64,000 nt of DNA from Azolla caroliniana (Eukaryota; Plantae; Polypodiophyta). Below are positions 49,901 to 63,807 of this stretch, piece by piece (positions within the stretch are counted from its first letter, which is position 1; each line of letters begins with the position of its first letter). The DNA lies in NCBI GenBank assembly GCA_043228905.1, contig JBHGNT010000001.1, positions 17,608,001 to 17,672,000 on the forward strand, given 5' to 3'. Below the pieces are notes generated by a model. That model worked only from the letters and a program-made list of their open reading frames with translations. It was not told the origin of the DNA and did no database searches. The position numbers were made by a program, and so were the translations under genes.

Positions 49901-52840
49901 CTCTCCCCGCGCAAGGAACCGAGGAAACGGTTCACGCGCAAAGAGAAGGGGAAGAGGAAGATGCCGGAATTCGAAACTGGCAACGATGAGTCGGATCGGT
50001 GCGTATCCGACTCCGGAAAGGAGAAAGGCGGATCTTCGGCAACGAAGACTGAACTGGCCAAGAAGGGCCTCAAATCGGGTGACGGTGCGTTGCGCCGATC
50101 AACCCGCCAGAAGGATCCTGTCATGCGGTACGGGTACAATGAATACATGGCGCATCATTATGCGTACATGACGAAAGTGACAGAAGTGCGTGATCCGGAG
50201 AGCTACGCAGAAGCGGCAAAGGACGCAAATTGGCGTGCCGCTATGGACGAAGAAATGCGGGCACTCGATGCCAACGAAACTTGGGACCTAGTTGATCCTC
50301 CCCGTCACTGTAAACCGATCGGATGCAAGTGGGTGTACAAGGTCAAGTACAACGCCAACGGTTCTGTAAACCGGTACAAAGCCCGATTCGCGACTACGAC
50401 GAGACCTTCGCTCCTATGGCAAAGATGACGACGGTTCGTGTGGTACAGGCGGTTGCTGCGGCAAGGGGGTGGCATCTTCACCAGATGGATGTGAAGAATG
50501 CCTTCCTTCAAGGCAAGCTTGAAGAAGAAGTCTTTATGACTCAGCCCACCGGATTTCAATCAGAGATGAACAAGTCGGCGGTATGCCGACTGAAGAAGTC
50601 GCTTTACGGCTTGAAGCAAGCCCCCCGAGCTTGGAACGCGAAGATCACGCACCGGTTGCGTAAGCTGGGGTTTGTTGTCTCTAAGTCGGACTCTTCGTTG
50701 TTCATCCGGCAAGGCTCTGACGGTCCGGTATGTATACTCTTGTATGTGGATGATTTAGTCATCACCGGACCAGGTCTTCCCGAAATCAACCGCGTCAAGT
50801 CCCAGTTGTCGGACACATTCGAAATGAAGGACCTGGGGGACCTTCATTATTTTCTTGGGATCGAAGTGATCCGGACCCCCGACGGCATATTGCTCTCACA
50901 ACGACATTACGTGTTGAATATGTTGTATAAGTTCGGCATGACGGATTGCCGACCTGTCTCCACACCCTTGGACCGGAACCAGAAGCTCCGTCCCACCTCC
51001 GGACCGGCCTGCAATGAGAAACGGTTCCGACAGGTTGTCGGAAGCCTGATCTACTTAACCATCACCCGACCCGACATTAGCTATCCAGTCCGCATTGTAA
51101 GTCAGTTCATGCAGAAGCCGACCATGGAGCACCTTCAGTGCGCGCAACGAATATTACGGTATGTCAGCGGCACTAAGGACCGGGGACTGCTATACCGGCG
51201 AGGTATACCCGAAGAGCTTGTCGGTTACACAGATGCTGACTGGGCCGGCGATGCGTCTGATCGCCGCTCCACTTCCGGATACATGTTCTCCATAGGTAGC
51301 GCGGCCGTTGCGTGGAGCAGTAAGAAGCAGCCCACAGTGGCTTTGTCAAGCATTGAGGCTGAGTACCGGGCCGCTACCGTTGCCACTTGTGAAGCCATCT
51401 GGCTTCGGCGACTACTGCGAGACTTGCGGATCGAGGTACCGACCCCGATCCCAATTTACTGCGATAACATGAGCAGCCTGCAGCTCGCCAAGAACCCCAT
51501 GTTCCATGCTCGCACAAAGCACATCGAGGTGCACTACCACTTCGTGCGTGAGCGGGTCCTGAGCGGTGAAGTTGACCTACGGTATGTTCATACGGATCGG
51601 AAAGTTGCCGACATATTCACCAAGCCGCTCGGATCGGACAAGTTGCAGCACTTTACCGACATGCTTGGTATTCAGCATCTCGACGTGCCGCACTTGAGGG
51701 GGAGAAGCAAGGGCAAAGTCTCTACCGAAACGGGCAAAGGCCAAAAAACTGTTGAACCCGTCGGTAAGAGGAGAGCCAGAAGAAGAGGAGACAAGAAGCT
51801 GAAGGAAGCCGAGTCGACAAAGGAAGTCGACACATCCGAACAGGTCGGAGCAAGCGGCTGTGAAGAAGAGTTGTGCACTCAGGAAGAGAAGTGCATGCTG
51901 TGCGGAGGACATCACAACGGTACTGACCATGATGCAGAGTCGAATGAAGAATTCGATTTTGGTTCACCGGCTGAAGAAGCCGAGGGAAGCATGGAGAAGG
52001 CCAAGACTCGGAAGTGGTCCGATGTGGTGAGAGGCCTGAAGCCGGAAGTCGAATCGGAGTGTACCGATTCGGACAAGAGCTGGAACGAGTCAGAGACAGC
52101 TGACTCGGATCAACAGATGGATCCGGATGAGTCGGATTGACTGAAGGCCAAGGGGACATGGACACAGCGGAAGTCGATGCCATCGTGGGAGAACCGACGG
52201 ATCGGCAAGCGCCGGAGTCACAACAACGTGAGTGCTGAGATGGGCCTATTGAGTAGACATGCCGACCGAGAGGGTCGAGGCGCGCAGAACCAAAGGGGTT
52301 GCGGCAAACGAGACCGGACCGGACGAGGAGCGCGAGCAAGGCGGAGTGACGCCAGGAGAAGTTGGTTGGAAGAACTGACTGCCACAGAGGTCGACACTAC
52401 GACCCCACCTCAGGTTGAGCTTGAGGGGGAGTGTTGAGCGGCAAGCTCAACCGGAGCCGGATCGGCTGAATAAGCCGGAGCCGGTAAGCGAGACGGATCG
52501 GGCGAAACGGATCGGTATTACGGTGAGCAACCGAACCGGCAAGCAGTGGAGGCCGGGTGCAATCCGTAACCGGAAGTCCAATCGGAAGCCTAGTATAGGA
52601 TAGACTACTAGGTAGCTATAGTCTCGTAGTAAGTGTCAGATGCTCGTGTGAGCATTGAAGTACATGGTACTTCTGTCAGTCCCAAAAGGACTTGTGTAAA
52701 TAGTGCTACTTAGCACAGTGTGTGTACAGAGTCTTGATATAATTTTGAAATTGTGTTCTGCTCTCTCTGTCTCTCTCGCTCTCTCTCTCTCTCTGTGTGT
52801 TGTTCTCTGTTTTACACTTCCGCAAACACTTACGTTTACA
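46944..52840 (+). mobile_element. Ty1/copia element D, full length, inserted antisense into same-family element E
   Basis: LTRs 46944-47345 and 52432-52840; TSD CTTCA; PBS 47346-47357; PPT CTTGAGGGGGAG 52420-52431; the empty site restores CEACQLVKQHR. Confidence 0.96.
47440..52140 (+). pseudogene. copia D gag-pol with frameshifts and a charged C-terminal extension beyond RNase H
   Basis: ORFs 47440-47994, 47706-48230, 48336-49826, 49823-50428, 50323-52140; motifs WYVDSGAS, RSDGGKE, LYVDDLV, YCDNMSS; about 145 extra aa after HLRGR. Confidence 0.9.
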
Positions 52841-53580
52841 CTTCACGAGTTGGCAGGCTTCACATACTTGGGCCTTCCGGCCACTAAACTTCGGCAAATC
52901 GAAAACAACTTGTTTCGTTTGCAGGTCTTGAATCCTTTGGTAATTGACGTGGCCGATCCGCTTGTGCCACAGGTCGATGTCCGATTCGACCTTCTATCCT
53001 TTGGTGAACAAGGTGGTGCCAACGTCATTGGTGTCGAGGATGAACATCCTCCCATCTCTGCGCCCTTGCGCGATAATCTGCCCCTCCTCCTTGATGAAGC
53101 ACCTGCATTCCCTGGTCGACGATCTGTCTAACCGACACCAGGTTCTTCGTGATATTTGGAATGTGTAATACATTCATCAGCTTTCCCCTCTGTCTAACGT
53201 GGCTCAGGGGAACTTCTCCGACATGCATGATTGGGTGAGGAGTGTCGTCTCCGGTTTCAACAACTCCCAGTTGTTCCGGTTTCTCTAAGAAGGAGAACCA
53301 CTCTTTGTGGTTCGTCATGTGATTTGACGCACCGGAATCAACGTACCACACTTCCTCCGATTTGGAAGTGGTCTTCTTCATCGAGTTAGCCTCGTGTTTC
53401 ATCATTAGGGTTGACCCCTTACCGGTCTTCCCGATTCCGGATCCTTTTGATCCTTGCGCGTAGTGCGAGCTTTGCCGGTTCTCCCGACCAGTTTTGTCAG
53501 ATCTAGATCTGTCTGAATCAGCACGCTTCTTCCAGCACTCACTTTCTCTGTGGCCCTTTTTGCTACAGTACCAACATTCC

Positions 53581-55995
53581 GTGGTAGAGCATTGTATCAA
53601 AGTGTGATACTCAGACTCGCGAAATTGTTTACGACAAAGTCTGCATAACCGACCACTCTCATCACTTGTGCCCCAACACCCTGTTTCACATTGCAATGCA
53701 TGTGAGCTAAGTCGCATGGAAGCAATGGTTCGGATGGCAGATACTGGTATGGGCTCTAACATGTATTGATGTGTACGATTTCCCCGTTCCGCAAAGAATA
53801 TGGTTTTGTAGTTAGGTGCAACATGTGTAGTATAATGTGTGAAGCGCGAGCTTCCACATTTGTCCCATGTCATGATACAATGGCATTGTAAAAAGGCCTC
53901 ATTTACAGAGAAATCTAATGATGCATCATGAAGCAAGTGTCTCGCATCCCATCTACCAAACCATTTTTCTATATCTTGCATCCAACCGGAACACAAAATT
54001 TTGCTTTTATGCGTCTTTTGGATCTTTTTGCTTGCTTCCCATGCAATTGTAGGAAGTTGATGTGAGGGACTTTTTTGAACCTTAAGCATGTATTCAACAA
54101 CCCTTTCCATGGCAATGATCTCAATGGGAAGCGATCCCGTCTCAAGGAGGAGGGTGTAGGGCGTTTGTTTCTTAACTTGTAGAAACTTTGTAAGAAAATG
54201 TGTTTGGACATTTTCAAACTCTTTCCACATAGATTTAGGGATGCTACCGCCCCATACTTCCACCCCATAGAGAAGAACCGGTGTCACCAAAGTGTCGAAA
54301 AGATATTTCTTGAGGACCCAACAATTAATATCTCCAAGATTGTATGTGTTCTCAAATGCATAGTATGTTGGCTTACCTGCCTCTAAGCGGCGTGTAGCAC
54401 ATTCATTCCATTTATAATTTGAAGGAACTTGAAGGCCAAGATATTTGAAGCTTTCCACACATTCAAGTGGCTCATTGTTGTACATAATTCATGGTTTATC
54501 TCTTTTTTGGCTCTTCACAAGCATAATCTTTGTTTTAGAGCTATTGACACTTAATTTAGTATGCATGCAAAATTTTTCCAATGCCTTCATAAGCTTTTGT
54601 GCATCTCCTAAAGTATTTGCAAAAAGCACTACATCATCTGCATATAGCAAAAGCATAATCACAACATTCCCAATGGAAACTTCTTCAACACATTTTTCCT
54701 TTGCAAACTTGGTAACCATTTCTTCCAATTCATCAATGCATAGACCAAATAGTGTTGGTGAGAGTGGGCATCCTTGCTTAACACCAATAGTGCTTTTGAA
54801 AAAATCTGAAAGTTTATCTCTCATGCACACACAACATATAACCTTCTCATAAATTCGGGAAATTGCAAGCATATATTCACTTGGCACCTCAAGTTCTTCC
54901 ATTCGCCTCCAAAGATGCTCACGAGGTACCATATCAAAAGCTTTCTTGAAGTCTACAAAGCAACAATATAAACCTTTACCTCTAAGGCGACTTTCCTCCA
55001 TTAATACTCGAAGGGTGATAAGGTGATCAATGGTGCTATGATATTTCCGAAAGCCAGCTTGTCCATAAGCTCTCTTACCACTTTTTTCAGCCCATACACT
55101 TATCTTTGATTCCATTATACATCCAAATAGTTTTGCTATGAATGAGCCAACCATGTTGGTTCGATAGCTGTTTACATTATTTATATCTCCACCTTTATGT
55201 AAAGGTTTGATCCAATTTGTAGTCCCATCATACGACATACCATGTTGCAATGTATCATTAAACATATCGCTTATCCATATATGTGCTTGAAGATCGCTTG
55301 CCTTTCGAGAGGCCAATTTCTTAAGTCCTATGCATATATCTTCAATTGTAAAGAAGGGAGGCATATGTGAAAGAGAACCATAACACATCATCTTTCTGGC
55401 AAGAGATAACTCATATAAATTCTTACATTGCATAAACAAATCGTGAAGAGTTAAGTCACCATAACTCTCAACACGTTTCCGCTTTAGATTTCCCCAAAAT
55501 TTAGCACATGCATGTGCTTTCTCTTGCGTTTGGATAAATTGTTGAGTAACTTCCCATATTCTTCTCTTTCTTTGAATAAGCCTTTTATACTCATGCAAAT
55601 GCTTTTCGTAATTCTCTTTATCCTTAACTACATCCAAAACCATAAGGCACTTTCGAGCTTCACGACATTCTTTATCAAACCATTTTTTCCTAAGCTTCTT
55701 GGTGCATTTCCAAGATGTATGGTTGGTCGAAAAACATTTGTTTGTATAGGAGATAATGACTTTCTTGAAAGCTTCCCATTCGCATTCTAGTGTGGCACGA
55801 TGTTGTATCTTTGTCATTTGTAACATATCCTCAACCATCTTGGAATACATGCGTGCTTGCTTAAGGTTCATGCTCAAGTGCGGTTGTTTATTATCTTCAA
55901 TAGGCTTCTCAAAATCAAACCTATGCATACATTTGAGATCAATACATAAAGGCCTATGATCGGATTCCGGTGTCCATTCACCAAGTGAGAATTTA
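53581..55995 (-). mobile_element. Non-LTR retrotransposon (LINE) ORF2 fragment
   Basis: AP-endonuclease end PESDHRPL (about 55950-55975); RT QAGFR, FVDFKKAFD, GVKQGCPLSP, LYADD; C-terminal CRLC...HTLIQC. Confidence 0.9.
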
Positions 55996-56855
55996 TGTAT
56001 ACGGAGAGAGAGAGGGAGAGAGAGAGAGAGAAAACTGAAATAAAGAGAGCTTTCATTAAAGCTTCATCGGTGTGTGTCTATTATCAGACTATATCTTCTT
56101 GCCTTCTCTCAATGTTGTATGCTGAGCACAACTGACAGGTCCTCACATACGTTTCTGCGCATATCTGTCCCTCAACTAGTATCAGAGCGATCCGCAGCTC
56201 AACGGCAACAAACAACAAAAAGAAAAATTGAAAGGAAAAAGACCAAGTTAGCAAATCTCACTTTCAAAAGAATCATGGCATCAACATCCAATACAATAGT
56301 TGAGATCCGAAAATTCGACGGCAAAAACATTGCCCTATGGAAGGAGATGATGCAAGATGTATTGATTATTCGAAGACAGGTCGAGGCGATTCAACACTCT
56401 GAAAAGCATGCTTCAATGTCAGCCGATGAGTGGAGATCAATGGACGAAATCACATGCTCCACCATTCGGATGCACCTAGCCGAAAACGTCTACTTCAGCA
56501 TGGCAAAAGAGATGACAACATTTGCATTCTGGGAGAAGCTACAAGCCATGTATGACAAAAAGTCCTCATCTTCAAAACTGATCCTGATCAAAGAGCTATT
56601 CAACATGAAGATGAGAGAAACCGATCTGGCATCCTCTCACATCAACACCTTCAACCGGGTGTTGTCAGAACTCTCCTCACAAGGGATCCACTTCGAAGAC
56701 GAAGTGAAAGCCCTTGCCCTCCTATCGACCTTGCCGGCGAGCTGGGACATATTCTGCATGAGATACGCCAAAAGCCGACTGATTCTAAATCTGGATGAGA
56801 CAATCAACCAAGTCCTCAACGAGGACATTCGGCGAAAATCGATGGGACTTACCAT
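55996..56855 (+). mobile_element. copia G fragment (partial LTR, PBS, gag), related to C
   Basis: LTR end CTCA at 56174; PBS variant TAGTATCAGAGC 56177-56188; gag from ATG 56275 (MASTS...RKFDG...TIRMHL). Confidence 0.85.
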
Positions 56856-57195
56856 TGTTACCGTACAAGACGTATGTGTGATTGATAAGTGTGATTTTAT
56901 ACGATTATGACTATGAATGTAAGTGTGAGTGTGGTAGATACAAAGAGGTGTGAGTGAGTGACTAGCTCTGAATGCCAAGGGGGCTTGCACTCTTGTGGAT
57001 CTACCCCTTTGTACTTATTTAACCCCTTATGGGGAATTAATGAATACAACAATAACCATTTCTCTCTCAATCTCTCTCTTGTCATCTCTCTCCCCCTCTC
57101 TCTCTTCCCCCTTAACTTTGAACCCCCTTGAGAGGGGGTGCAGCCATTCTAGGCACCACCCCCCACCCAACAATGCTTCTCAATGCTTTTCAACA
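56856..57195. mobile_element. Probable LTR (solo or recombined)
   Basis: TGTT...AACA termini, interrupts the gag of G; no TSD. Confidence 0.45.
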
Positions 57196-60100
57196 TCTTC
57201 AGGATCTGTTCTCCGCCGGAATAGTAACCGACGGACAAGAGCGTAGGAATAAGAAATAATATAAGATCATAATGCATGTAATGGTTCACGCAAGAAGCGT
57301 GAACGGCTAAATAGACCCTGCGTATATAAAGGGCAGAAAACCTCTGATAGAGCGAGCGTGTATTTTGGAATGTAAAGAAGCGTATCGTAATAGAATTCTA
57401 TCTTCTCTGAAAGTCTGTGTCTGGAATACCTGAGCGTGTAAGAACATGAGTGTAACCACTGATAAGGAGTTGGTTGTAGCCGTCTCCCTTGTACGTTGAT
57501 AGGTTATGGGGAACATTCCCTTAAGCATTACGCATAGACGCCACCATTCGTTGTTTCACAATCACTTGGAGGTCTAGGTCGAAGGACTGACCGCAGACCG
57601 TGTTCCTAATCGGTAACACTTTTGGCACGCTTGGTGATCTGTTTCTTCTCACAGAAGAACAACGAAGAATGGATGTTTAGTTGCAGACGCCCTAGAGAAC
57701 AAACACAACAAGACCGGCGAATCACAAGGTCCGTCACACGCCAGGCAGAGGAACGCGCACAACAAAAGCCTCACCTCAGCGACCTCAGTACTACCTGTCG
57801 TGATTACAAAGGTGATTCTTCGCTCTCCAAATACCTCGACAATACGCGGGGAGCACGCTTACGACAGCCACCCTGTGGTCTTTCCCAACCCGCCGTAGCC
57901 CCCAGCATGGCCTTTGCCTATCCCCGCTTTAACGACGAAACCGACGCTGCAACTCATATTCGCATGTTCCTTAATTTCTGGAATGCGAACCACATGGCGC
58001 AGAGCCTTTCAGAGGCGGTAGCGCACCAGTCGAAAATGACGGAGTTCGGGTTAACATTGGATGGGCGAGCGGTGTTTTGGCATTCACAGATGGATTTACC
58101 AGCAATCACAACCTTCGATCAGTTGTAGTCTGCTTTTTTGCGGTTCTTCCATCGGAGGGTTCCACAACGCAAAATCCTCAGACAGTTCTACACGATTAAG
58201 CAACTGCCGACTGAGACGATCGTAGACTTCAGCTTACGTTTCCAAAATTTACGGCGGAAACTAGAACGGAGCCTCGCGGAGGACGAGGCTCGAGGGACAT
58301 TTCTGGCAGCATTACGCCGACCCATACGGGCAATGCTCAACAACAATTGTGTGAAAGGTGAAACAACAGATATGGTCATTGAATGAGCATTACAACTCGA
58401 GTTGGACGAGGAGGAGGAAAGGTTTTCTATGTCCTCCTTACGACAGCCGTTACCCCAGGACGAGGAATGCCAGTTTCGTCAAGCAATCCAGTGCACGATT
58501 TGCTTGAACTCGGGGCATTCTGCAGTGGAGTGCAACATGCGAATCCACTGCCCAATCTGCCACTCGAAGGCTCACACGATCGAACAATGCGAATACAATA
58601 TGTTGAATAGAGCCACTCCCACAGTCCGTAGCATGGACACAAAGCGTCCCCCACGCCGTACTGAACAAAGGAGGCAAGAAGACCGACCATGGTATCCGGA
58701 TCGCAACCCATGTGACGACCGGCACCATCGGAATCGCCGAAATCACAACAATTCCGAGGAAGACGAACCAGAGGATGAGGATTATCATGAACATCCGAGT
58801 TATGCTAAAGGGGGCCGGCGCTATGAGAATCACGGGCCGACAAACAAACATGGCAGTTTCAATGGTTATCGTGGGAAGCCACGGCAATATCGAGATCACT
58901 GGCGTCACGAAGAAAGCTCGGGAGATGAGCGACACCAAGAACCACGAAGGGACCAACAACAACCACCGCGTGCGTTCCGACAAACAAGGCCGGACCGTGA
59001 GGAGCAAGTCGCACCAGGGGATCGGCACACACCACTAGGAGACGAGAAGGGCGAATCAAGCATCCATTATTTTATTTGTCAGCAGCCCGGACATTACGCC
59101 ACGCAATGCTCAGCACGTAAAGGCAAGGGGCCCGCTGTCAATACGATTACGGCGGAAGTGCAGCAAGTCACGACACCCCAGCAAACAAAAACGGTTGATT
59201 GGGTTGCGCAAGATGAGATACGACGACAAGCCCAGGCATGGGTGGAAAAAGCAAATGTGACCATAACAGAGTGCATGCGGAAGGAGTTCGCGAATACGAG
59301 GGAACGAGCGGAGGACGAAGAACCGGTCCCAGACCCCATTTGGCAAGCATTAGTGGGCTACGAGATAACGTTAACCATGGAGAAGCTGCTTCACCTAGTC
59401 CCACACTTCCGCCAGACCATGGAAGAACGGGTGACGAGCATACCCGGGGTGAGCGTCTCTACAAACCTTACAGACGTTAGCGACGGACCACCTATAGTGG
59501 ATCACCACAACCCGACTATTACATTAATATTACATGGGCAGGAAATTCCTGGATGCGTTATCGATGGTGGCTCAGGCGTCAATGTAATTAGCGCAAAAAC
59601 TTGCGAGCAGTTAGACATTTCAGAATGGGAGGCTTGCCCATTCTGGCTCCGAATGGCAGATACCCGCTCAATACGACCATTGGGGTTAATTCGCAAGATA
59701 GGCATTATGGTGGGCAAACATTGCTTCGACATCTCGGCGGTCGTCCCTGGCTTGGACGCCCAGGGGCGTACCCAGTGCTTCTGTGCAGACCATGACTTCG
59801 GGCAGCAAATATCAAGCAGAGCTGGCAACACAAGTGTACAGTTTCCGACACGGACGCACTAAGGTTCGCGTACCTACGGAAGGAAGAACGCCACAACCCA
59901 AGGGTATAACACCATTATACACAGAAGATATAAATATGTTGGCTGGGGTGGAGAATGCAGAATTAGAGGCATACCTAGATGAGCACCCTCGGATCATTCC
60001 GCTGTTCGAAATCGACGTCATCGCAACCACGGAAGAATATGCCACGACCACTATTCTCCACGACGAGGCTTACGAACCAAACCCAGAGTCCATATTGGAA

Positions 60101-61849
60101 CTCAGCAGAGCACGGGCGACATTCGAAAGGGAAATGGAAATTTCACGACGAGTCACCGCCTCCGCCCTGGAAGAAGTAAATGTGGGTATGAAGTCGGAAC
60201 CTCGTCTCCTCTCCATCGCAAAGGAATTAAGGCCAGACCACAGAAAGACGATGATCGCACTACTCAAGAAATATAAAGATGTCTTCGCTTGGGCTCACGA
60301 GGACATGAAGGGGTTAGATCCCAAATTCTATTAACATAAGATCAATTTAGCAACCGAAGCAAAACCCATCCAGTAGTGCCGCTACCGCATGAACCCAAAC
60401 TACGTGACCCGCATAAAAGAGGAAATTGACAAACTCCTGAAGATTTTTTTCATACGGCCAGTTAAACAAGCCACATGGTTAAGCTCGATAGTGATCGTTC
60501 CATTCACCGATAGCGTACTAGACGCCGTCACAGGACATGAGATGTACAGTTTTATAGATGGCTTCAGTGGGTATAACCAGGTACGCATGCATCCCGAGGA
60601 CCAAGAAAAGACGGCATTTGTCACGGACTGGGGAGTCTATGTGGCAGTTGTCATGATGTTCCGGCTAAAGACGGCGCCGGCAACATTTCAACGAACAATT
60701 ACGGAGATCTTTGGGGAATATATTCCGGCATTCATGCAAGTTTTTTTAGACGAATTTGCAGTATATGGGAGAATAATAGACCATTTTACGCACCTACAAC
60801 TGTGCCTGGAATGTTGCCGCACCGCACGCTTAAGCCTGAATCCCGCGAAATGTGCTTTCGGCGTGACCAGCAGGACTCTCCTGGGCCATATAGTCAACAA
60901 GGATGGAATAGCAGTCAATCCGAACAAGATCTCTGCGATTACGCAAGCCAAAACTCCGACAAACGCAAAATCACTCGGCCGGTTTTTAGGACAAATACGG
61001 TGGCATAGTCGGATGATACGATATTTGGCAGACTTCACCATGCCGTTACATGCTGCCGTGCATCAGACTCCCTTCCAATGGACCGCAACGGAGGACAAGA
61101 CCTATGAGGCACTTAAGATAATGCTCACACAGGCCACCGTCGTACAACCACCAGTTTGGGCGAAGCCATTCCACATGTTCGTCGACGCCTTGGACATTGC
61201 AATAGGAAGTGCACTAATGCAGCTCACCGAACCAAACTGGTATCGGCCAGTGTACTACGCTAGTCGCAAATTATCAACATCCGAGCGTAACTATTCCACA
61301 ACGGAGCAGGAGGTGCTAGGGATGATCTATAACATCAATAAATTCCGGCATTATTTACTAGGGAGGAAATTCACGTTCCACGTGGATCATTCAGCGTTGC
61401 TATATTTGGTGGAGAAACAAGCCCCAACGGGGAAATTGGCGCGATGGATGCTGCTGCTTCAAGAATTCGATTCCGTAATCCAACACCGATTAGGGATGCA
61501 ACACGCAGTGGCGGATTTTTTGAGCAGACTCGAGAATGGAGAAACAGTACAGGGAGATGACGACGATTTTCCGGACGTCGACATCTTGCGGGTAGCAGCA
61601 CTAGCAGAAAGAACGGAATCGACCTTTCCGGACCGGCGGCTTATGGAAATGACATACTTTTTGACTACAGGATTGCCTCCACCACAATTACGCACGGACG
61701 AGAAGAAACGACTAGCCGTCCGAAGCCGTAACTTCTGCCTCGTAGAAGGATTTTTATATCACAAAGGAAGTGATGACATTTGGCGACGTGGGGTACGACA
61801 GTTTTACGTGAGGCGCACTGCGGCACGGCAGGCGGCCATCGATGGCTCC

Positions 61850-63762
61850 GCAGCTATGGAGCCCAATACCACCTTCGAAATCATCCAGGAGCCATGGATG
61901 ATCATTACGACCCAATCCCAACGAGGAAAAGCCGTATTGATGGCGGAAAGTGAGGTTTTGGCATATCCAGATATCCCGGATACGACCCTCTTATAGTTCG
62001 GAACCTCTTTTGAGCTCATGGAATTCCTGGCAACGCAACAGATAAAGGCCTCCCAACGAATGGCCGAGGAGCACGCGGAACGCCAGATGATCGAGCGCGC
62101 CCTAACACAAACGGCGGAGATCAACGATGAGGACCGGCTAGCCAAGGTCGGCAGATAGAGGAACGCCGGGGTACGCCAAGTGGGGATGGAGCTACCCCCA
62201 TTAAACATGGCCCTAGTCAAAGTCCATAAGGAATTGGCAAAGGTCAGCACGGGCGCCAAGGAGATGGCTATTAAAAATAAGAATGTCTGGAAGAAGGTGA
62301 AAATGACCCAAGCCGAGCTGCAAAAAGCCAACGAATGCATCGCGGAGTTGGAAGCCAATGCGATTACGGCGCAACACGCAACTCCGCCAACAAACCATGC
62401 CATCGACGCTTTGAAGGAAGAAATTGAGGCTCAGACCACCATCGCCTCAAAAGTGAAAAGGGCCGTGCAACTAGCGGAATCAGAAATTGACCGCCTTTGA
62501 GCTGAACTGCGCCAATCCTTAGACAGAGAAAAGGAGATCTGGGCTAACGGCCGGAAGGCAGTAAAAAACCTTGAAGAGAAACTCGCTACGGAAGTAGCTC
62601 AGCACATGCGGACAAAAGACAAAAACGCCCAATTACGGAATGAAGGAAAGAAATCGGAGGCAGCAATCGCGGGACTCCGGGCCTTATTGGAGAAAAAGAA
62701 GGTATGGTTCGAAGAGTAGCTGGTGGTTGAACAGGAAAGAATGCATCAGCTTGAAATCCGCCTAAACAATGAAATGGGGAAATTAGAAGAACAACATGCA
62801 AAGGAATCCTAGCTGTGGGCGGGCCTGAAGAACATGTACGAAGAAGCGGCGGTGGTTAGGCAGCAAGAAATTGCAAACATCACGAAGTCGATGGAGGACG
62901 CACACAACCGTTGCCAGGCCATCACAGACAACGTGCGTATCCTTCTCCACAAAAATCGGGAGAGGTTCACAGCGCAATTGAAAATGGCGTTGGACAAAGG
63001 ATGGATGGCGTGGGCAACCCAAGCAGCAGAATTGCACGTGTATCGTGCGGACTGGGAGAACCGGCGAAAAGACGGCTGAGGTTTCTATAAACTAAATGAG
63101 GAGAGCATTGCGGCCATATGCGAGGACCTAGCGCAAGACTATCGTGCGCTAGCAAACCAACATTCGGAAGAACTCGCACAGCTCTTAGATGATTTTGGTG
63201 AAAGCCAGGAGGAGCTATTTCACTAGATCACACAAGCCGGCAACACGCGAACAAATGAGGAATCCATTGCGACGCCAATTCCGGGCACGGTCGAAGAATA
63301 GGAACCTCAGGCCAAATCACCAGAAATTACAACGATAGTGAACAGTGCGGACCGATGAGCAGAGTCCCCCATAGTACCAAACAGCGAAACCGATGCCCAA
63401 GAGGAGCGAGCCATCCGCAGGAGCCCACGCTATCGGCGGACCACACGGAGAATGTTGCGGGCCAGGCGGGATTGCAACCCCACTCTCTGGAGCGTACAAA
63501 GATGGCCGACACCACGGAGGAAGTAACAATTGAGATAGAGCCGCGGCCAACCGCAAGCACGACGACAGCGGAGCCCAACCCACTAGCTCAAGAAGAGCCC
63601 ACCGTACCCGGACCGCCCAGACACGACGACTGCGACACCGGGAGAAGCCATTCCGACCAAACAGGGGAACCACACCACGATGCACCTATGGGCCCTACGT
63701 CGCCTCCGGACGCGGACACCGTAGCAGAGCCAAACATCCGGGCCATTTGGGAAGAAGATTAA
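61850..63762 (+). pseudogene. Extra coiled-coil ORF region of gypsy K
   Basis: Sense ORF pieces 62180-62500, 62834-63079, 63355-63762, rich in E/K/A heptads with a P/T/E tail, between pol and the 3' LTR. Confidence 0.55.
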
Positions 63763-63767
63763 CGGGA

Positions 63768-63807
63768 TGGGTCCGACGTGCCAGGGCACTGTCCCACAAG
63801 CGTGCCA
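63768..63807 (+). promoter_or_regulatory. tRNA-3'-end-like hairpin/inverted PBS at the PPT position
   Basis: TGGGTCCGACGTGCCAGGGCACTGTCCCACAAGCGTGCCA-GG-TGTTG(LTR); the last 11 nt are the exact reverse complement of the element's PBS TGGCACGCTTG. Confidence 0.78.

Larger units (their letters stand above)
24081..53580 (-). mobile_element. copia E (D/E family), host of the Sola2-like element and of copia B, C and D; 5' end lost
   Basis: 3' LTR 34355 to 24081, split by the DNA transposon; PPT 34356-34367; 3' region 34368-34617 and 45354-45720; RH/RT 45720-46550; INT 46550-46943; PR and Zn knuckle 52841-53580. Confidence 0.85.
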
